This document shows, piece by piece, positions 16,353 to 25,854 of a DNA stretch of 32,000 nucleotides (positions within the stretch are counted from its first letter, which is position 1; every line of letters begins with the position of its first letter). The translations under genes were made by a program, and so were the position numbers. The stretch comes from Psychrobacter sp. HD31 (GTDB taxonomy: Bacteria; Pseudomonadota; Gammaproteobacteria; Pseudomonadales; Moraxellaceae): contig NZ_CP142525.1 in NCBI RefSeq assembly GCF_051097895.1, forward strand, positions 1,140,001-1,172,000, in the 5' to 3' direction. Under the pieces are notes generated by a model that worked only from the letters and a program-made list of their open reading frames with translations, was not told where the DNA came from and did not search any database.

Positions 16353-16988
16353 ATGAACGTTACCGTCATCGATCACCCTTTAGTGCGCCATAAAATCAGC
16401 CTAATGAGACAGGCAGACTGTAGTACATACAAGTTTCGCACCTTAACAGACGAACTGGGTCGTTTAATGGCCTATGAAGCCACTCGTGATTTTGAAGTAG
16501 AAACTTACCCAATGCAAAGTTGGGACAATCAACCAATACAAGCTGAACGCATTGCTGGTAAAACAGTAACTGTTGTTCCTATTTTGCGTGCTGGGCTTGG
16601 TATGCTAAATGGTGTTTTAGATTTGATACCAACTGCCAAAATATCAGTCGTTGGTCTACAAAGAGATGAAGAGACCTTAGAACCTCTACCATTTTTTGAA
16701 AAATTTGTACGAGATATTGATATCCGCCCTGCATTGGTAATTGACCCAATGCTGGCAACTGGTGGCTCAATGAATGCTACTATAGACATGTTAAAAAAAC
16801 ATGGCTGTAAAAAAATCACAGCCATTGTACTAGTGGCAGCACCAGAAGGCGTGAAAGCTGTAAATGATGCGCACCCAGATGTACAAATCTACACAGCCGC
16901 ATTAGACAGCCATTTAAATGAAAACGGCTATATTATCCCGGGCTTGGGTGATGCAGGTGATAAAATATTTGGTACTAAACAAGCCTAA
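16353..16988 (+). CDS. upp: Uracil phosphoribosyltransferase
   Basis: The N-terminus [15 protein letters not shown], the PRPP-binding loop [11 protein letters not shown] and the C-terminal [17 protein letters not shown] are all diagnostic of Upp. Confidence 0.95.
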   Translation: MNVTVIDHPLVRHKISLMRQADCSTYKFRTLTDELGRLMAYEATRDFEVETYPMQSWDNQPIQAERIAGKTVTVVPILRAGLGMLNGVLDLIPTAKISVVGLQRDEETLEPLPFFEKFVRDIDIRPALVIDPMLATGGSMNATIDMLKKHGCKKITAIVLVAAPEGVKAVNDAHPDVQIYTAALDSHLNENGYIIPGLGDAGDKIFGTKQA

Positions 16989-17012
16989 TAAAACTTTACC
17001 CATCATATGATT

Positions 17013-17057
17013 AAAAAGTTCGCATATTAAGTTATTAACATGCGAACTTTTTTTGTT
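17013..17057 (+). terminator. Rho-independent terminator after upp
   Basis: The arm aaaaagttcgcat pairs with atgcgaacttttt across a 14-nt loop, followed by a T-run. Confidence 0.75.
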
Positions 17058-17286
17058 TTATAACAGCTTGATATCAATAGAGAAATGTAAAAAAACAAAT
17101 TTTAAAAAAATAATTAATTACTAAAAACTATTTTTTTATTGGACTTTTGTTAAGAATTAGTTTAAAAATATAGGTGTGTGACTTGTCAGGAAGACAAGGG
17201 CAAAATTTGACCGAGTTAGTCACTTTTTATGAAAAGATTAACATAGGCAATATTTTTTAGGATTATTTGTAAAAGGAGTTACCGTT

Positions 17287-17556
17287 ATGGATAACAACCC
17301 AAATACCCCAGACTCATCAGGCTACTGGAAAGCAAACGTACGCCTGATTTTATTATGCTTGGTTGTATGGGCAATTTGCTCATTCGGATTTGGCATCATC
17401 TTACGCCCGCTTGTTGCTGGCATTCAATTTGGCGGTACAGACCTAGGTTTCTGGTTTGCTCAACAAGGCGCCATCATTTCTTTCATTATTGTCATCTTTT
17501 TCTATGCTTTTCGTATGAACAAGCTAGATAAAGACTTTGGCCTAGACGAGGAGTAA
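17287..17556 (+). CDS. DUF4212-type small membrane subunit of a sodium:solute symporter
   Basis: It is 89 aa with two transmembrane segments. The sequence YWKANVRLILLCLVVW...FWFAQQGAIISF resembles that family, and the gene sits 4 nt upstream of an SSS transporter. The Shine-Dalgarno is AAGGAG. Confidence 0.75.
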   Translation: MDNNPNTPDSSGYWKANVRLILLCLVVWAICSFGFGIILRPLVAGIQFGGTDLGFWFAQQGAIISFIIVIFFYAFRMNKLDKDFGLDEE

Positions 17557-17560
17557 CACT

Positions 17561-19417
17561 ATGAGTCAATTTATGATTAACGTTATCTTCGTTGGTTTGT
17601 CATTTGCATTATATTTTGGTATTGCAATTTGGGCACGTGCCGGTTCTACCAGTGAATTTTATGTTGCTGGCGGTGGTGTTCACCCAGTAATGAACGGTAT
17701 GGCAACGGGTGCAGACTGGATGAGTGCTGCATCATTTATTTCTATGGCTGGTTTGTTGGCAATGGGTGGCTATGGTGCTTCATCATTTTTAATGGGCTGG
17801 ACAGGTGGCTACGTATTGCTAGCCATGCTACTAGCACCTTACTTACGTAAATTTGGTAAGTTTACAGTACCAGATTTTATTGGCGACCGTTTTTATTCTA
17901 AAACAGCTGCATTGGTTGCCGTCGTTTGTTTGATTGTGGCTTCAACTACTTACGTAATTGGGCAGATGTCTGGCGCAGGTGTTGCTTTCTCTCGCTTCTT
18001 AGAAGTTGATAAAAACACTGGTTTGATTATTGCTGCTTGTGTGGTTTTCTTCTACGCTGTACTTGGTGGTATGAAAGGTATTACTTATACACAGGTTGCT
18101 CAGTACGTTGTATTAATTATTGCGTATACAGTACCTGCGGTATTCATTTCATTAGAACTAACTGGCAACCCAATTCCTGGTTTAGGCTTGTTCTCTAACG
18201 AAGTTGAATCTGGCATGCCTTTACTTTCTAAATTAGATCAAGTAGTACAAGACTTAGGCTTTGCATCTTACACAGCAGATGTACCAAACAAACTGAACAT
18301 GGTGTTATTTACTTTAACACTGATGATTGGTACAGCAGGTTTACCACACGTTATTATCCGTTTCTTCACGGTACCAAAAGTTGCTGATGCACGTTGGTCA
18401 GCTGGTTGGGCGCTTGTTTTTATTGCCCTACTATACTTTACTGCACCAGCAGTTGGTGCGATGGCTCGTTTAAACCTAATTGACACGATTTACCCTCAAG
18501 GTGTAGAACAACCAGCGTTAGAATATGAACAACGCCCTGATTGGATGAAAACTTGGGAAAAAACAGGTCTGTTAAAATATAACGACTTAAACGGCGATGG
18601 TCGCATCCAGCTTTATAGCGATGGTGGACTTGGTAAAGCACAAATCGCCCTTGATTCTGCAGAAGCTGATGGCGGTGACGTTGCTGCGGCAACTGAAGCT
18701 GTAACTGCGGCTCAAGCAAAACAAGATGCTAAGTTTACTGACCAAGGTTGGAAAGGTAACGAACTTGATGTAAACAAAGACATCTTGGTACTTGCTAACC
18801 CAGAAATTGCTCAGCTTCCACCTTGGGTTATTGGCTTGATTGCAGCGGGTGGTTTGGCTGCGGCGCTATCTACTGCTGCTGGCTTATTACTAGCAATCTC
18901 ATCAGCAGTTAGTCATGACTTAATTAAAGGTCATATCAATCCAAATATTAGTGATAAAGGTGAGCTAACAGCTGCACGTGTTGCTATGGCAGTTGCTATC
19001 TGTGTGGCAACATACTTAGGCATGAACCCACCAGGATTCGCCGCTCAGGTTGTTGCATTAGCCTTTGGTATTGCTGCTGCATCATTGTTCCCAGCATTGA
19101 TGATGGGTATTTTCTCAAAACGTGTTAACAATCTTGGTGCAATTGCAGGTATGTTATCTGGTCTAATTATCACCCTTGTTTACATCTTTATGTTTAAAGG
19201 TTGGTTCTTTGTAGCTGGTACAGCTAACTTCCCAGATACCGCTGAGTATTGGTTCATGGGCATTTCACCACTATCATTTGGTGCAATTGGCGCAATTATT
19301 AACTTTACTGTTGCATTTATTGTGTCAGCCATTACTAAAGCACCGCCACAAGAGATTCAAGATCTTGTAGAGAGTGTACGCTACCCTCGTGGTGCAGGTG
19401 GTGCGGTTGACCATTAA
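17561..19417 (+). CDS. Sodium:solute symporter (SSS) family transporter, of the subgroup partnered with DUF4212
   Basis: It is 618 aa and polytopic, with SSS-like segments (GGMKGITYTQVAQY, GTAGLPHVIIRFFTV) and a large soluble insert. The Shine-Dalgarno is GAGGAG. The substrate cannot be inferred from sequence. Confidence 0.85.
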   Translation: MSQFMINVIFVGLSFALYFGIAIWARAGSTSEFYVAGGGVHPVMNGMATGADWMSAASFISMAGLLAMGGYGASSFLMGWTGGYVLLAMLLAPYLRKFGKFTVPDFIGDRFYSKTAALVAVVCLIVASTTYVIGQMSGAGVAFSRFLEVDKNTGLIIAACVVFFYAVLGGMKGITYTQVAQYVVLIIAYTVPAVFISLELTGNPIPGLGLFSNEVESGMPLLSKLDQVVQDLGFASYTADVPNKLNMVLFTLTLMIGTAGLPHVIIRFFTVPKVADARWSAGWALVFIALLYFTAPAVGAMARLNLIDTIYPQGVEQPALEYEQRPDWMKTWEKTGLLKYNDLNGDGRIQLYSDGGLGKAQIALDSAEADGGDVAAATEAVTAAQAKQDAKFTDQGWKGNELDVNKDILVLANPEIAQLPPWVIGLIAAGGLAAALSTAAGLLLAISSAVSHDLIKGHINPNISDKGELTAARVAMAVAICVATYLGMNPPGFAAQVVALAFGIAAASLFPALMMGIFSKRVNNLGAIAGMLSGLIITLVYIFMFKGWFFVAGTANFPDTAEYWFMGISPLSFGAIGAIINFTVAFIVSAITKAPPQEIQDLVESVRYPRGAGGAVDH

Positions 19418-19440
19418 TCACTAAATTGTAAACACAGCAC

Positions 19441-19473
19441 AAAACGCACTGATAAAAATCGGTGCGTTTTTTT
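19441..19473 (+). terminator. Rho-independent terminator after the symporter
   Basis: The arm aaaacgcac pairs with gtgcgtttttttg across a 12-nt loop. Confidence 0.7.
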
Positions 19474-19566
19474 GTAAAGATTATTAATCCCTATACAACT
19501 AAATCAACCAATAAGCTGTTATACTTAATTGGTTTTAGCTTAATAAAATATAAAGAAGTAAGTATT

Positions 19567-20091
19567 ATGATTTATGAGTTTATTGCAACTCTATCGGCAG
19601 GATTTGCACTTGCAGGCATTGCGTTAGTGATACGCCATTTAGCCAAACTTGTGTTTAAAAAAAATCTACCAAAATGGATAATTCCTTTATTTGCGGCCAT
19701 TGGCATTTTTGGTTTTCAGATTCATCAAGAATATAATTGGTACAAACAAACAGCTCAACAGCTACCCAAAGGCACTGAAGTAATTAAGTCGATAGAAACA
19801 TCCACTTGGTATCGCCCTTGGACATATTTAAAACCTTATACTGTCCGTTTTATGGCACTAGATACAGCAAACGTTGCCACAAATAGTAAACATCCAAACA
19901 TTAAACTTGCCAACCTATACTTGTTTGAACGTAGATTAAGCACAAAACAAATACCACAAATTATTGATTGCAAAAATAATAAGAGAGCTGACTATACCCA
20001 AACGATGGATTTGACCAGTTTAGAAGTAAATAAACTGAGTTGGCAACCCTTAAGTAAGGACGATAAGCTATTAACACTGGTATGTGATTAA
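19567..20091 (+). CDS. Hypothetical membrane-anchored protein (174 aa, two N-terminal transmembrane segments)
   Basis: I place the start at the ATG at 19567 (MIYEFIATLSAGFALAGIALVI...). The track's GTG at 19462 lies inside the upstream terminator hairpin. Confidence 0.6.
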   Translation: MIYEFIATLSAGFALAGIALVIRHLAKLVFKKNLPKWIIPLFAAIGIFGFQIHQEYNWYKQTAQQLPKGTEVIKSIETSTWYRPWTYLKPYTVRFMALDTANVATNSKHPNIKLANLYLFERRLSTKQIPQIIDCKNNKRADYTQTMDLTSLEVNKLSWQPLSKDDKLLTLVCD

Positions 20092-20142
20092 AGTGGTAAG
20101 TAATTAATAAAAAATAGAGGGGAAGTAAGACCACAAATATAA

Positions 20143-20868
20143 TTAAAACGGTACTTCGCTTCCCCACTCCATCCATGTATTTAAGGTTGGGTGTTTTAAC
20201 CTTAGTTTATGGGCATGTAAGTTAAGCCTTGGTGCAATATCATACGCAATTCCATCTGCATAAATTGGATCCCCAATCATCACATGCCCAATATGTACCA
20301 TATGCACCCTCAACTGATGGCTACGCCCAGTAACTGGTAATAGTTTGACTCTCGTTACTGGCACACTTTGGTTTGCATGCCCACGTAACTCATGGTGCAA
20401 CACTTCATACTTTGTAAGCGCGTGTTTTTTCCAGCTCATATCAACAATATGTCTTGGTTTGGTTGTTGGCTCATAGCGCACTGGCACATCAACAATGCCT
20501 TTTTTGCCAACCACTTCAAGCGTGCCCATCACTACGGCTTGATATTCTTTTTGTGGCAGCCTATCAATAAATTGCTTACTAATATGACTTTGTGCTTCTT
20601 TATTTTTTGCAAAAATCATAACACCCGAAGTATCCATATCTAACCGATGAATCAACTTAATGTTAGGATTAACACGCTCCAGCCGATTTAATAAACTAAC
20701 CTTTAAAACCTTACCATCAACACTCAATAAACCAGCCGGTTTATCCACAACCAAAATGTCTTCATCTTCATACAATGTGATAGACTTTGCAAAGTCTTCA
20801 AAAAAAGTGTGAGCATGAGCAAGCTCTTGCTTGTTCATTTGTAAAATGTCTTGTTCAGAAATACGCAT
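20143..20868 (-). CDS. rluA: RluA-family pseudouridine synthase
   Basis: The motifs DKPAGLLSV, HRLDMDTSGVMIFAK (catalytic Asp motif), TGRSHQLRVHM and GDPIY are colinear with E. coli RluA. Substrate specificity is not established. Confidence 0.85.
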   Translation of the reverse strand: MRISEQDILQMNKQELAHAHTFFEDFAKSITLYEDEDILVVDKPAGLLSVDGKVLKVSLLNRLERVNPNIKLIHRLDMDTSGVMIFAKNKEAQSHISKQFIDRLPQKEYQAVVMGTLEVVGKKGIVDVPVRYEPTTKPRHIVDMSWKKHALTKYEVLHHELRGHANQSVPVTRVKLLPVTGRSHQLRVHMVHIGHVMIGDPIYADGIAYDIAPRLNLHAHKLRLKHPTLNTWMEWGSEVPF

Positions 20869-21176
20869 AATTAACCAGCTAACTTATTATTGACGGCTTA
20901 ATTTTAAACAAGTAAGTATATACAAAAAACCTTTTTTTTGCGCACTTAACATTGCAAATAACTAATTTTTGCAAGCAATAAGGTATAATTAAACTAATTA
21001 ATACCTGTTATTTATCAAATTCACTATAAATTTTTAAAAACATCCCTATTATATATAATATAGAATCATGCATAATGTATTTATTTTTAATGATTGATTA
21101 ATACCAAAACTCGCAATCGCATTTTGTATAGACTAAAAAGTAAGACTTAAATGAAACTTAAAACAAGGAGACGATT

Positions 21177-21503
21177 ATGTCAGCAACTATTTTAACAACT
21201 ACCGATGCAAGCTTTAAAAGCGATGTATTAGAATCAACCGTACCTGTATTGGTTGACTTTTGGGCACCTTGGTGTGGTCCTTGTAAGGCAATTGCCCCTG
21301 TACTTGAAGAGCTAGCAACCGACTACGAAGGCAAAGTACAAATTGCTAAAATAAACGTAGATGAAAATAACCAAATCGCTGCACAATTTGGTATCCGCAG
21401 TATCCCTACTTTATTTGTATTTAAAGGTGGTGAGCGTGTAGAAGCACTTGTGGGCTTGCAGTCAAAAGAGCAGCTAGCACAAGCGTTAGATAAGCATATC
21501 TAA
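21177..21503 (+). CDS. trxA: Thioredoxin 1
   Basis: It is 108 aa with the WCGPC active site ([12 protein letters not shown]). The Shine-Dalgarno is AAGGAG. Confidence 0.95.
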   Translation: MSATILTTTDASFKSDVLESTVPVLVDFWAPWCGPCKAIAPVLEELATDYEGKVQIAKINVDENNQIAAQFGIRSIPTLFVFKGGERVEALVGLQSKEQLAQALDKHI

Positions 21504-21530
21504 ATTTAGAGTTATTATCTTAACCGCATC

Positions 21531-21557
21531 AAAAAACCCTCGTTTGAGGGTTTTTTA
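21531..21557. terminator. Bidirectional rho-independent terminator between trxA and the convergent orphan gene
   Basis: The sequence is aaaaaaCCCTCgtttGAGGGtttttt, with an A-run on one side and a T-run on the other. Confidence 0.85.
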
Positions 21558-21563
21558 TTAAAA

Positions 21564-22259
21564 CTATTTATAAATCTCATCAATAAAATTTTGAATCATA
21601 TTTCTCATTTTCATACCTTCATATTGAAAAATAGGTATGACTCTTTGACAGTGTTGATTCAGCACCTCTTTTAAATCAAGAGCCTCTCCGGTTCCGTCTT
21701 TCTTAAATAACATGTTATTTTTCATAGAAAAATCTACTAAAGTAAGAATATAATCCTCTTCACTATTCCATACAACTGATTTATGGACAAGTATATTCCT
21801 TATAGAAATCATTTCTTCATGAGCCTTATAAAAACGGTTTTTTAACAAACTCACTTGCTCCTTTTTTAAATGTTCTTGTGATTTAAAACCATGCAAAGTT
21901 TGATTGAAAATATCTCTTGTTCTAGAGAACTCATAGAAGTAAGTTCGCTTTAATAGATATAATCTCTTTCGAGGAGAGCCTATCAATAAATTTAATCTGT
22001 CAGGAAGAAAATACAAATCATCTAATACAATATTTAAGTTTTCGATTACTTCATCAATCTCTTTATACAATAAAAAAATAGTAAACCCAGTCAGTTCTTC
22101 TTCCGTAAGTTCAGTATTCTTCAAAATGGCGATTTTATCTAAACTAGAATCAGGTAAAATATTAATTTTTTTAGCAACATCACTTAAAACTTTAATCAAC
22201 TTACTTGGCAAAACTAAATGCTCAATTTTACGCTTATTTAAACTTTCTTTAGACTCCAT
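21564..22259 (-). CDS. Orphan HEPN-like protein (231 aa) with an RNxxxH motif
   Basis: R154-N-I-L-V-H159 (nt 21783-21800) fits the Rx4H motif and lies in a predicted helical context (AHEEMISIRNILVHKS). The gene looks AT-richer than its neighbours by eye. The Shine-Dalgarno is weak. Confidence 0.65.
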   Translation of the reverse strand: MESKESLNKRKIEHLVLPSKLIKVLSDVAKKINILPDSSLDKIAILKNTELTEEELTGFTIFLLYKEIDEVIENLNIVLDDLYFLPDRLNLLIGSPRKRLYLLKRTYFYEFSRTRDIFNQTLHGFKSQEHLKKEQVSLLKNRFYKAHEEMISIRNILVHKSVVWNSEEDYILTLVDFSMKNNMLFKKDGTGEALDLKEVLNQHCQRVIPIFQYEGMKMRNMIQNFIDEIYK

Positions 22260-22326
22260 ACACCGACCAAATTTTTATAAAATACTTGAACATAAGAAAA
22301 CACGATCCCATCTATATTTAAGAAAT

Positions 22327-23259
22327 TTAATTATTCTTAACACCAAATGGGATATGAACTGATGGCACAACCGAACTGGTTGAGGTTAGATGTTTAGATT
22401 GATCATCAAAGAAAATATGTGGTTTTAGCACACCCAAAACCAACTGTTTATCTATCCCACCCAAGAAAAAGGCATCATTGGTCATCACGCCCCACTCTTT
22501 TAACGTATTTAACGCACGCTCGTGCGATGGTGCATTACGAGCCGTCACGATAGACACCCTTAACCTATTTTCATAATCAGGATGTTTTTGCTTTTTTTGT
22601 TCCTCAATTTTTTGAATGGCAGATATTTTAACCAAAAACTCTTTTAATGGACCTGGATTATGCGGTTGCGTTACTTTTTTGCTTTCATGCTCATGAAACT
22701 TGTTCAAATCGTTTGTTGTATGCATTACGGTTTCTGACTCATCATCTGCCAGCACACCATCAAAGTCAAAAGCAATCCTTAAATCCTTATCTTCTTCATC
22801 AATTATGGCAGATTTCATAACATGCCCAGCGGGAAAACCTAGGCTAATTGCCTCTTTAACATCGGTAGAATTACCTGATAAAAACAAAGAAATATTTAAC
22901 GCTGGGATATAATCATAAGGAGATTTGCCTTGCATAAAAATAGCACGGGAAATTGGTAAATTATGATACTCAATAGACTTCATCACTCTAAGCCCTGTAT
23001 CAGGGTCGTTACGAGATAAAAGCATCACTTCAACCAGTGGGTCTGCTATTGGATTGTCACTTAAATCATTAAGCGATAACAAACGTTTAACAAATGAAAA
23101 TGATACCCCCTTTTTAAGCGGTACATCCACATTTTTAGCTTGGTATTTGCGGTAGGCTTCTTCGCCTTTGGTACGAAAAACACGGTCAGATTCTGATAAA
23201 TCAAACATGGCACTTGATGCAACACCAATAACCAACCTATTACCCAGCTCGTAAGACAT
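22327..23259 (-). CDS. 5'-nucleotidase, bacterial PF06189-type (HAD-like)
   Basis: The segments LVIGVASSAMFDL, VEVMLLSRNDPDTGLRV, IAFDFDGVLADDESE, IVTARNAPSHERALNTL and FFDDQSKH match my recollection of this family. Confidence 0.8.
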   Translation of the reverse strand: MSYELGNRLVIGVASSAMFDLSESDRVFRTKGEEAYRKYQAKNVDVPLKKGVSFSFVKRLLSLNDLSDNPIADPLVEVMLLSRNDPDTGLRVMKSIEYHNLPISRAIFMQGKSPYDYIPALNISLFLSGNSTDVKEAISLGFPAGHVMKSAIIDEEDKDLRIAFDFDGVLADDESETVMHTTNDLNKFHEHESKKVTQPHNPGPLKEFLVKISAIQKIEEQKKQKHPDYENRLRVSIVTARNAPSHERALNTLKEWGVMTNDAFFLGGIDKQLVLGVLKPHIFFDDQSKHLTSTSSVVPSVHIPFGVKNN

Positions 23260-23420
23260 AAAAACTCACCAATTTTTTATTGCTTGTTTATTTATAGCAA
23301 ATATAGCACACAAACCAATATGGAATACGACCAACACAATCAAAAGTAACACTCAATGGATAATCATGAGCCTAATTTTAGATAAAAAACACAAAATTGG
23401 TTAAAAACCCAATAAAACCA

Positions 23421-23449
23421 TTGACAAGCCTGCCCCCTCGCTATATATT
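23421..23449 (+). promoter_or_regulatory. Candidate rho promoter
   Basis: TTGACA (23421-23426), a 17-nt spacer, then TATATT (23444-23449). This would give an untranslated leader of about 250 nt before the rho ATG. Confidence 0.55.
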
Positions 23450-23703
23450 TAGCTACTAGAAAAACACACCTTTTTTATGGTCTTTATTTACTATAAATCA
23501 TTATCTCTTCTGTGTTTTCTTCATTAAGCATTCATTGAGTTAATATTTTCTTTTAATTTTCAATTCATTTAATTGAAGTAACTCATGTTTGTAAATCAAT
23601 ATTTTTATTTTTTCTAACACTGCAATGGGCACCAACTGCATATTTAAAATATTCTATTTTAGTATCTAACACCTATTACCTATTTTCTACAAACGACATA
23701 TCT

Positions 23704-24972
23704 ATGAATTTAACCGAACTTAAGAAAAAATCAATCGCCGAGCTATTATCAATTGCTTCTGAAATGGGCATGGACAACATGGCTCGTAACCGTAAGCAAG
23801 ACATTATTTTTGCCATCTTAAAAACGCATGCACACAATGGTGAAGCCATTTTTGGCAATGGCGTTTTAGAAATATTACCAGATGGGTTTGGATTTTTACG
23901 TTCTTCTGAAGGCTCATATTTAGCGGGTCCTGATGATATTTATGTCAGCCCAAGCCAAATCCGTCGTTTTGGGTTAAAAACTGGTGACAGCATTGCCGGC
24001 ACGATCCGACCACCAAAAGATTCAGAAAGATACTTTGCTTTATTAAAAGTACGTGAAATTAACTTTGATACGCCAGATCGCTCTCGTCATAAGCTAATTT
24101 TTGAAAATTTAACGCCTTTGTTTCCAACAAAACAGCTTAAACTTGAGCTGGGTAATGGTTCTACAGAGGATTTAACAGGACGTGCAATTGATTTAATTGC
24201 TCCAATCGGTAAAGGACAACGCTCCATTATTGTCGCACCGCCAAAAGCAGGTAAAACCGTATTATTGCAAAACGTTGCTCAGTCCATTACTCGCAACAAC
24301 CCAGAATGTTACTTAATTGTACTTTTGATTGATGAACGCCCTGAAGAAGTAACAGAAATGCAGCGTACCGTACGTGGTGAAGTGGTTGCCTCAACATTTG
24401 ATGAGCCACCACAGCGTCATGTGCAAGTTGCAGAGATGGTAATTGAAAAAGCCAAAAGATTGGTTGAGCATAAACAAGATGTGGTTATTTTACTCGACTC
24501 TATCACTCGTTTGGCACGTGCCTATAATACCGTTATTCCATCTTCGGGTAAGGTATTAACTGGTGGTGTCGATGCCCATGCATTAGAACGCCCTAAACGT
24601 TTTTTTGGTGCTGCCCGTAATGTAGAAGAAGGTGGTAGCCTTACTATTATTTCAACCGCCTTGATTGACACTGGTAGTAAAATGGACAGTGTGATTTTTG
24701 AAGAATTTAAAGGCACAGGTAACAACGAAATAACGCTAGAACGTAACTTGGCAGAAAAACGTGTTTTCCCAGCGATTAATATTAAAAAATCAGGCACACG
24801 CCGTGAAGAGCGTTTACTTGATGAAGATATGCTACGTAAAGTATGGATTTTGCGTAAGCTATTACAGCCGATGGATGAAGTACAGGCAACTGAGTTTTTA
24901 CTTGATAAGTTAAAAGATGCCAAAACAAACGATGAGTTTTTTGAACAAATGAAGCGTAAATCGCAAAATTAA
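23704..24972 (+). CDS. rho: Transcription termination factor Rho
   Basis: It has the N-terminal [15 protein letters not shown], the Walker A motif PPKAGKT and other full-length Rho hallmarks. Length is 422 aa. Confidence 0.97.
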   Translation: MNLTELKKKSIAELLSIASEMGMDNMARNRKQDIIFAILKTHAHNGEAIFGNGVLEILPDGFGFLRSSEGSYLAGPDDIYVSPSQIRRFGLKTGDSIAGTIRPPKDSERYFALLKVREINFDTPDRSRHKLIFENLTPLFPTKQLKLELGNGSTEDLTGRAIDLIAPIGKGQRSIIVAPPKAGKTVLLQNVAQSITRNNPECYLIVLLIDERPEEVTEMQRTVRGEVVASTFDEPPQRHVQVAEMVIEKAKRLVEHKQDVVILLDSITRLARAYNTVIPSSGKVLTGGVDAHALERPKRFFGAARNVEEGGSLTIISTALIDTGSKMDSVIFEEFKGTGNNEITLERNLAEKRVFPAINIKKSGTRREERLLDEDMLRKVWILRKLLQPMDEVQATEFLLDKLKDAKTNDEFFEQMKRKSQN

Positions 24973-24994
24973 TTGGTTCGATTACAACATAAAA

Positions 24995-25024
24995 GGGCTA
25001 TGTTAATCATAGTCCTTTTTTTTA
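24995..25024 (+). terminator. Rho-independent terminator after rho
   Basis: GGGCTATG-ttaat-CATAGTCC (one G-U pair) followed by T9. Confidence 0.8.
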
Positions 25025-25198
25025 TAACAAATCATAACAATTTGATTACAGATATCCTCTCGTCTACTTTAACAATGACAGTTAAAATAAAAGTATATTT
25101 ATTGGGGTTCAGCTTAGCTGATTTAACGTTAACTTAGCTTTAAATTTAAACGGCAAGAATCGCAATAATGACCAAGATTTAATTTTAGGTAATTTATT

Positions 25199-25489
25199 AT
25201 GAAAACTTCAAAAATTTTAGCTGTAACGGCTTTGTTAACATCAATTATCGCAACGGGTTGTGCTTCTACCACACCGACAAACAGTGCCTATGAGGCAACT
25301 GCCGCTAATGTCACAAACTCTGCTTTATCTGGTGCTATTAACTCTGCAATAAAAACAGGGGCGACATCTGCTGATATCAAACAAGCAGCAATTAGTGGTG
25401 CCGTAAATGGGCTGATTAATGGAGCAGCAACACCGCAAAAAACAAACACAACCAATAACCCAAGTACAACAACCGCTACCGCTCAATAA
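25199..25489 (+). CDS. Small lipoprotein (96 aa), Gly/Ala/Ser/Thr-rich
   Basis: It has a signal peptide with a lipobox-like IATGC. The mature part is low-complexity (SGAINSAIKTGA...ISGAVNGLINGAA). Confidence 0.6.
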   Translation: MKTSKILAVTALLTSIIATGCASTTPTNSAYEATAANVTNSALSGAINSAIKTGATSADIKQAAISGAVNGLINGAATPQKTNTTNNPSTTTATAQ

Positions 25490-25526
25490 GTATAGTGACC
25501 ATTGGTGTCTCGATAGGATATTTAAT

Positions 25527-25757
25527 ATGAAAGCCTCAACAAAATTACTCGCAACAGCCGTCATTTCATCAACGATGCTGACAAGCTGTGCATCGCTATC
25601 AGACAATCACTCAACAAAAGCATATAGTGGAGTTGCAAAAAATGTACTGCTTGGTGCTACCTCAGGCGCAGTTACCCAAATTAATGGCAACAGTAAAGAT
25701 GTGCGTGAGGCTGCAACGGTTGGTGCCTTACTTGGTTTATTAGGTAGTCTGTATTAA
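25527..25757 (+). CDS. Small lipoprotein (76 aa), similar in kind to the preceding gene
   Basis: I place the start at the ATG at 25527 (MKASTKLLATAVISSTMLTSC, lipobox LTSC). The C-terminus VGALLGLLGSLY is glycine-zipper-like. The track's upstream extension overlaps the preceding gene. Confidence 0.6.
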   Translation: MKASTKLLATAVISSTMLTSCASLSDNHSTKAYSGVAKNVLLGATSGAVTQINGNSKDVREAATVGALLGLLGSLY

Positions 25758-25785
25758 AAAGCTTTATCGTACCAACTATAAAAAG

Positions 25786-25811
25786 AAAAGCCGCAAAAGC
25801 GGCTTTTTTTA
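25786..25811. terminator. Bidirectional rho-independent terminator
   Basis: The sequence is aaaAGCCGCaaaaGCGGCTttttttt, between the lipoprotein genes (+) and ypfJ (-). Confidence 0.85.
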
Positions 25812-25854
25812 TAGATTACTAATAGATTTAGGCTCAGTATTTAGATAGCAGGCT

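Noticed and set aside
19462-19566. N-terminal extensions proposed by the ORF track: GTG 19462; also GTG 16295, TTG 26772, 26936 and 25419.
   Set aside because: The alternative start at 19462 lies inside a terminator hairpin. The others add non-homologous residues ahead of an in-frame ATG that begins the recognisable protein or signal peptide. I used the internal ATG starts instead.
23450-23703. A possible rhoL-like leader peptide in the rho leader (ATG at about 23477, a 16-codon ORF translating MVFIYYKSLSLLCFLH).
   Set aside because: No Shine-Dalgarno precedes it, and such short ORFs are expected by chance in AT-rich DNA. It cannot be supported from sequence alone.
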